DNA from: Desulfatiglandales bacterium
GTDB lineage: Bacteria > Desulfobacterota > DSM-4660 > Desulfatiglandales > HGW-15
NCBI GenBank assembly: GCA_963667015.2
Contig: CAXXJJ010000004.1
Span: 3,808,001-3,872,000, forward strand
Length of the DNA stretch: 64,000 nt
Direction of reading: 5' to 3'
Positions 60,947 to 64,000 of this stretch are shown one piece after another. Under the pieces are notes generated by a model. That model was given only the letters and a program-made list of their open reading frames with translations, ran no database searches and was not told the DNA's origin. The translations under genes were made by a program, and so were the position numbers. The stretch's first letter is position 1; the number at the start of each line of letters is the position of its first letter.

Positions 60947-62587
60947 TTACTCCTCCGCTTCGCTGAATCCAGTATTCTCAACAAACCTTTCCATGAACTC
61001 AGGCTGTTCAGCAAGATTCATATACTGTGTCTCATGCTTTATTACCTCGGCTTCTTTGCGGGCATCCTTATCCAGAAGGGCCATTACTGCCCCTTCTCCT
61101 GCAAGATTATCCCTTGAAATTACCTTGCCAAGCGTATCTTCATCCGGAAGCATACCTATGGTAACCGCGCTTTTCCAGTCAAAGGCATTGCCAAAGGCCC
61201 CGGTCAGTATGGTGCGGTCTATCTTCTCAATGCCTGCTTTTTCCATGAGAAACCTTATTCCGGTTATTACCGCAGCCTTTGCGAGCTGAACCTGCCTGAT
61301 ATCATGCTGGGATACAAATATCTCCACATGGGCAGGATTGTTTTCTTCCGGTAAAAGTACCATTTTGGCGACCCCGTTATCCCCATCCGCTGTAAATCCG
61401 GGAAAATCCTTATTGAAATTGCCCCCGGCCTTTACTGCCCCTGTTCTGATCATAGTGGCCACAAGATCAAGTATCCCTGATCCGCAAAAGCCCAGCGGCG
61501 GCTCCTGGTTATTTTCTCCTATGGTTGTGTAGCTAAACTGGCATGAATCCTGATCAATGGAACATGCACTGATGGCTCCAAGGGTTGCCCTCATTCCGCA
61601 TGAAAGCTGGGCTCCTTCAAGGGCGGGGCCGGTTGCACAGCTTGTTGACCACATGCCATCCCTGTTTCCAAGGACCAGTTCGCCGTTGGTTCCCAGGTCA
61701 ACTATCAGGGTCATCTCATCACGTTTGTATGGTTTATCCGCAAGTACACAGGCAAGTGTATCTCCTCCGATAAAGGCCGCGATTATGGGAAGGATGGTAA
61801 ATCCGGTGCCCGGCGTGAAATCCAGGCCCAGGTCATCTGTCTTAAGTTTAATTTCAGACAGTGTTGCAGGTTTAAAAGGTGTCCTTCCAAGGCCGCTTAC
61901 ATCTAGACCTGCAAGGATGTGCTCCATGGTAGTATTGCCTGCAATTGTAAATCCATAGAGATCATCACGGGAGGCCTTTATCTCCCTGAGGCAGGAGTCC
62001 GCAAGATAGGAGATGGCATCCAGTGCAAGTCCCTGCAGTTTTTTGAGATTATTTTCTCCCTTTCCGGCATAGTTGATCCTGCTTATTACATCATCACCAT
62101 ATCTCCTCTGCGGGTTGATGGTCGCGGAAGAGGTAAGGATCTCACCTGTCCTGAGGTCACAGAGGTACCCGGCAATTGTTGTTGTCCCCAGGTCAACCGC
62201 AAGGCCAAAACACTGTTTATCTTCCGGCAGGGTTATATGAGAGTTTACAGGATAGGGTCCGGGAAATACCTTTTTTGCCTCAACATGTCCACGGTCCTGC
62301 CCTGCATCGGAGGATCGGACAGTCATTGGTCTGTCAACGGGAACCTGGCATGCAAGCCGATAACCTGATGCAATAAGCCCCGGAGAGAGCTGATCCTTTT
62401 CAACATCGGTCAGGTCGGGGGTATCCTTTGTCTCAACTATTATACGGCATTTTCCGCAAACACCTCTTCCTCCGCAGGCCGCCCTGATCGGGATATGATC
62501 AATCAGGTTGTCCATAAGGGTTTTGCCCGCCTCTGCCTTTATTTTTCTGCCTTCGGGCAGAATCGTAATCTCGTGATGATCTGGCAT
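60947..62587 (-). CDS. Reductive activator of corrinoid enzymes (2Fe-2S plus ASKHA/DUF4445)
   Basis: CGGRGVCGKC, RLAC, VDLGTTT, DLGTNGE, ATGPALEG, QLAKAA. Confidence 0.88.
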   Translation of the reverse strand: MPDHHEITILPEGRKIKAEAGKTLMDNLIDHIPIRAACGGRGVCGKCRIIVETKDTPDLTDVEKDQLSPGLIASGYRLACQVPVDRPMTVRSSDAGQDRGHVEAKKVFPGPYPVNSHITLPEDKQCFGLAVDLGTTTIAGYLCDLRTGEILTSSATINPQRRYGDDVISRINYAGKGENNLKKLQGLALDAISYLADSCLREIKASRDDLYGFTIAGNTTMEHILAGLDVSGLGRTPFKPATLSEIKLKTDDLGLDFTPGTGFTILPIIAAFIGGDTLACVLADKPYKRDEMTLIVDLGTNGELVLGNRDGMWSTSCATGPALEGAQLSCGMRATLGAISACSIDQDSCQFSYTTIGENNQEPPLGFCGSGILDLVATMIRTGAVKAGGNFNKDFPGFTADGDNGVAKMVLLPEENNPAHVEIFVSQHDIRQVQLAKAAVITGIRFLMEKAGIEKIDRTILTGAFGNAFDWKSAVTIGMLPDEDTLGKVISRDNLAGEGAVMALLDKDARKEAEVIKHETQYMNLAEQPEFMERFVENTGFSEAEE

Positions 62588-62726
62588 TTTTCTCCAATCC
62601 TGTAGTGTAATTATTATGGACAGATACAATATCCTCCATGAACAAGGGGTGTCAATGGAAAATGAGTCTTGACAGGGTTGTGTGTATAAACTATCAGTTC
62701 AGCATTAATTAAAGAAAGGGATAAAG

Positions 62727-63020
62727 ATGTTCTCCACCGAATTTTTACTTACCTCACTGGTTGTGGTGCTTATACCCGGTACAGGGGTTATCTATACCAT
62801 ATCCAACGGGCTTTTTCTGGGCAGAAAGGCAAGTATTGCCGCGGCTGCCGGATGCACGGCAGGAATAATACCTCATCTTACAGCAAGCATTCTTGGTCTT
62901 TCTGCCAATCTTGTCAGAAGTCGTGTGGCAGGTTTACCTAAACTGATTTTGATTCTTCAGAGATCCTTTGCTGCCGTTTTTGCAGCCATGGGGATTAAAC
63001 TGGCTATGACTTCCAGATAG
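62727..63020 (+). pseudogene. LysE/RhtB translocator, internally deleted
   Basis: VLIPGTGV N-terminus joined to the last helix; 97 aa, about half the family length. Confidence 0.7.
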
Positions 63021-63044
63021 CAGGGACCGTTTACGAATGGAAAC

Positions 63045-64000
63045 TAGTATTTCGAATCATAAAAAGGGTAACGGATTATTTGGCAAAATCGAATTTTTTC
63101 CAGCTATATACAACTGGCGCTTCATTTACTTCAGAAACCCATTTAAGGATTCTTTCTTTTAGTTCAGCCTTAGATTCAACCCTTATGTACTTGAGAAACG
63201 TTCGTGCCATTTTGGAAAACAGGGATTCAACCAGATTTAACCATGAACCGTGTTTTGGCGTGTGAACGTATATGAACCTGTTGGGAACCGTTTTCAAATA
63301 GGCCATGGTTTCTTTAGAAATATGAGCCGAATGATTATCCAGAATTAAGCGTATGCTACAGTTTTGGGGATATGTTTGATCAATTTCCTTTAAAAAACTG
63401 ATAAATTCGCGACTTCGATGTCTATCATGGACTTGAGCAATTACCTTGCCGGTGTGAAGATCCAAACCGGCTAATATTGAAACCGTTCCCAATCGTTTAT
63501 ATTCGTAGTCTCTCTGGATTTGTTTGTAACCTTTTTCAAGATTCGGTTTTAAATCAGGTGCAATGTTTTTAATAGCCTGAACGCCCGGTTTTTCATCAAC
63601 AGAAACTGTGACAATATCGGGTGAAATATCAGGCGACATTTTGTTTTGTAAATTAACTTCTTTATAAACACATAGAACTTCCTGCATTACTTTTTCAAAT
63701 TCAGGATCTCGCTTTTCAAGGTAGTATTTAACTTTGTGAGGCTGTAACGATTGATCCTTCAGAATTCGTTGAATGGTCGCTTTTGCAGCTTTTTTCAAGC
63801 AATCATGGCCTGCTGCTGGAGCGTATTTTCTGGTATGCTCGGCCAATTTACTATGCGTCCATATTTCAGCGGCATATCCAAACTCTTTGGGCTTTGTACA
63901 GGCAACATTGACAACCCATGCTTTAGCCTCAAGGGTAATAACTGGTAATTTGGGTGAATGATATTGATCTTGTGTTCCAGTTTCTATTCCTCGGGCCAAA
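63045..64000 (-). mobile_element. IS630-family element, partial; transposase 63076..>63999
   Basis: DDE motifs SVDEK, EYKRLGT, ILDNHSAH, SWLNLVE; candidate TA target at 63045-63046. Confidence 0.88.

Noticed and set aside
36..63961. Numerous 60-220 aa ORFs antisense to or overlapping identified genes
   Set aside because: Shadow ORFs with no RBS or family motifs.
1..64000. Genome-wide reassignment of UGA to Trp or Gly
   Set aside because: Many complete genes end at TGA (tusA-like, yqeB, DUF1573, hesB-like, moaD-like), Trp is encoded by TGG throughout, and internal UGAs occur only with downstream hairpins.
1..64000. tRNA-Sec, selA/selB/selD or the cognate LysR regulator
   Set aside because: None is recognisable in this window, so the Sec interpretation depends on genes elsewhere in the genome.

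Overview
Chromosomal window (roughly 40-45% GC by eye) from an anaerobic Gram-negative bacterium. Gene content (HdrD/MvhD, AOR, corrinoid methyltransferases, YedE, sigma-54 sites) suggests Desulfobacterota; this is inference. The left 39 kb reads as a selenium-centred regulon. (1) A TonB-dependent receptor and an ABC substrate-binding protein are each split by one in-frame UGA followed 12 nt later by a SECIS-like hairpin, and they share an operon with a double-cubane-type reductase, divergent from a porin-yedE-tusA-DUF3343-activase operon. (2) Seven promoters share one operator layout: a 15-bp LysR-type box, 16 bp, a second 15-bp box, then TTGAC. (3) Two of these promoters transcribe an unannotated leader ORF, M-K-x-x-F-G-F-T-UGA, with a SECIS-like hairpin and mutually exclusive RNA helices, a candidate selenocysteine-sensing attenuator. 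(4) The region holds Cys-encoding versions of families that are selenoproteins elsewhere (MvhD, HesB-like, UshA-like, DUF1573), plus yqeB and a molybdenum hydroxylase. The rest contains many gene remnants, an XRE/ImmA-PIN pair, mgtE, AOR, a corrinoid methyltransferase cluster with a duplicated corrinoid gene, and a partial IS630. No sel genes, LysR gene, tRNA, rRNA or CRISPR array were seen. All product calls come from motif recognition, not database searches.
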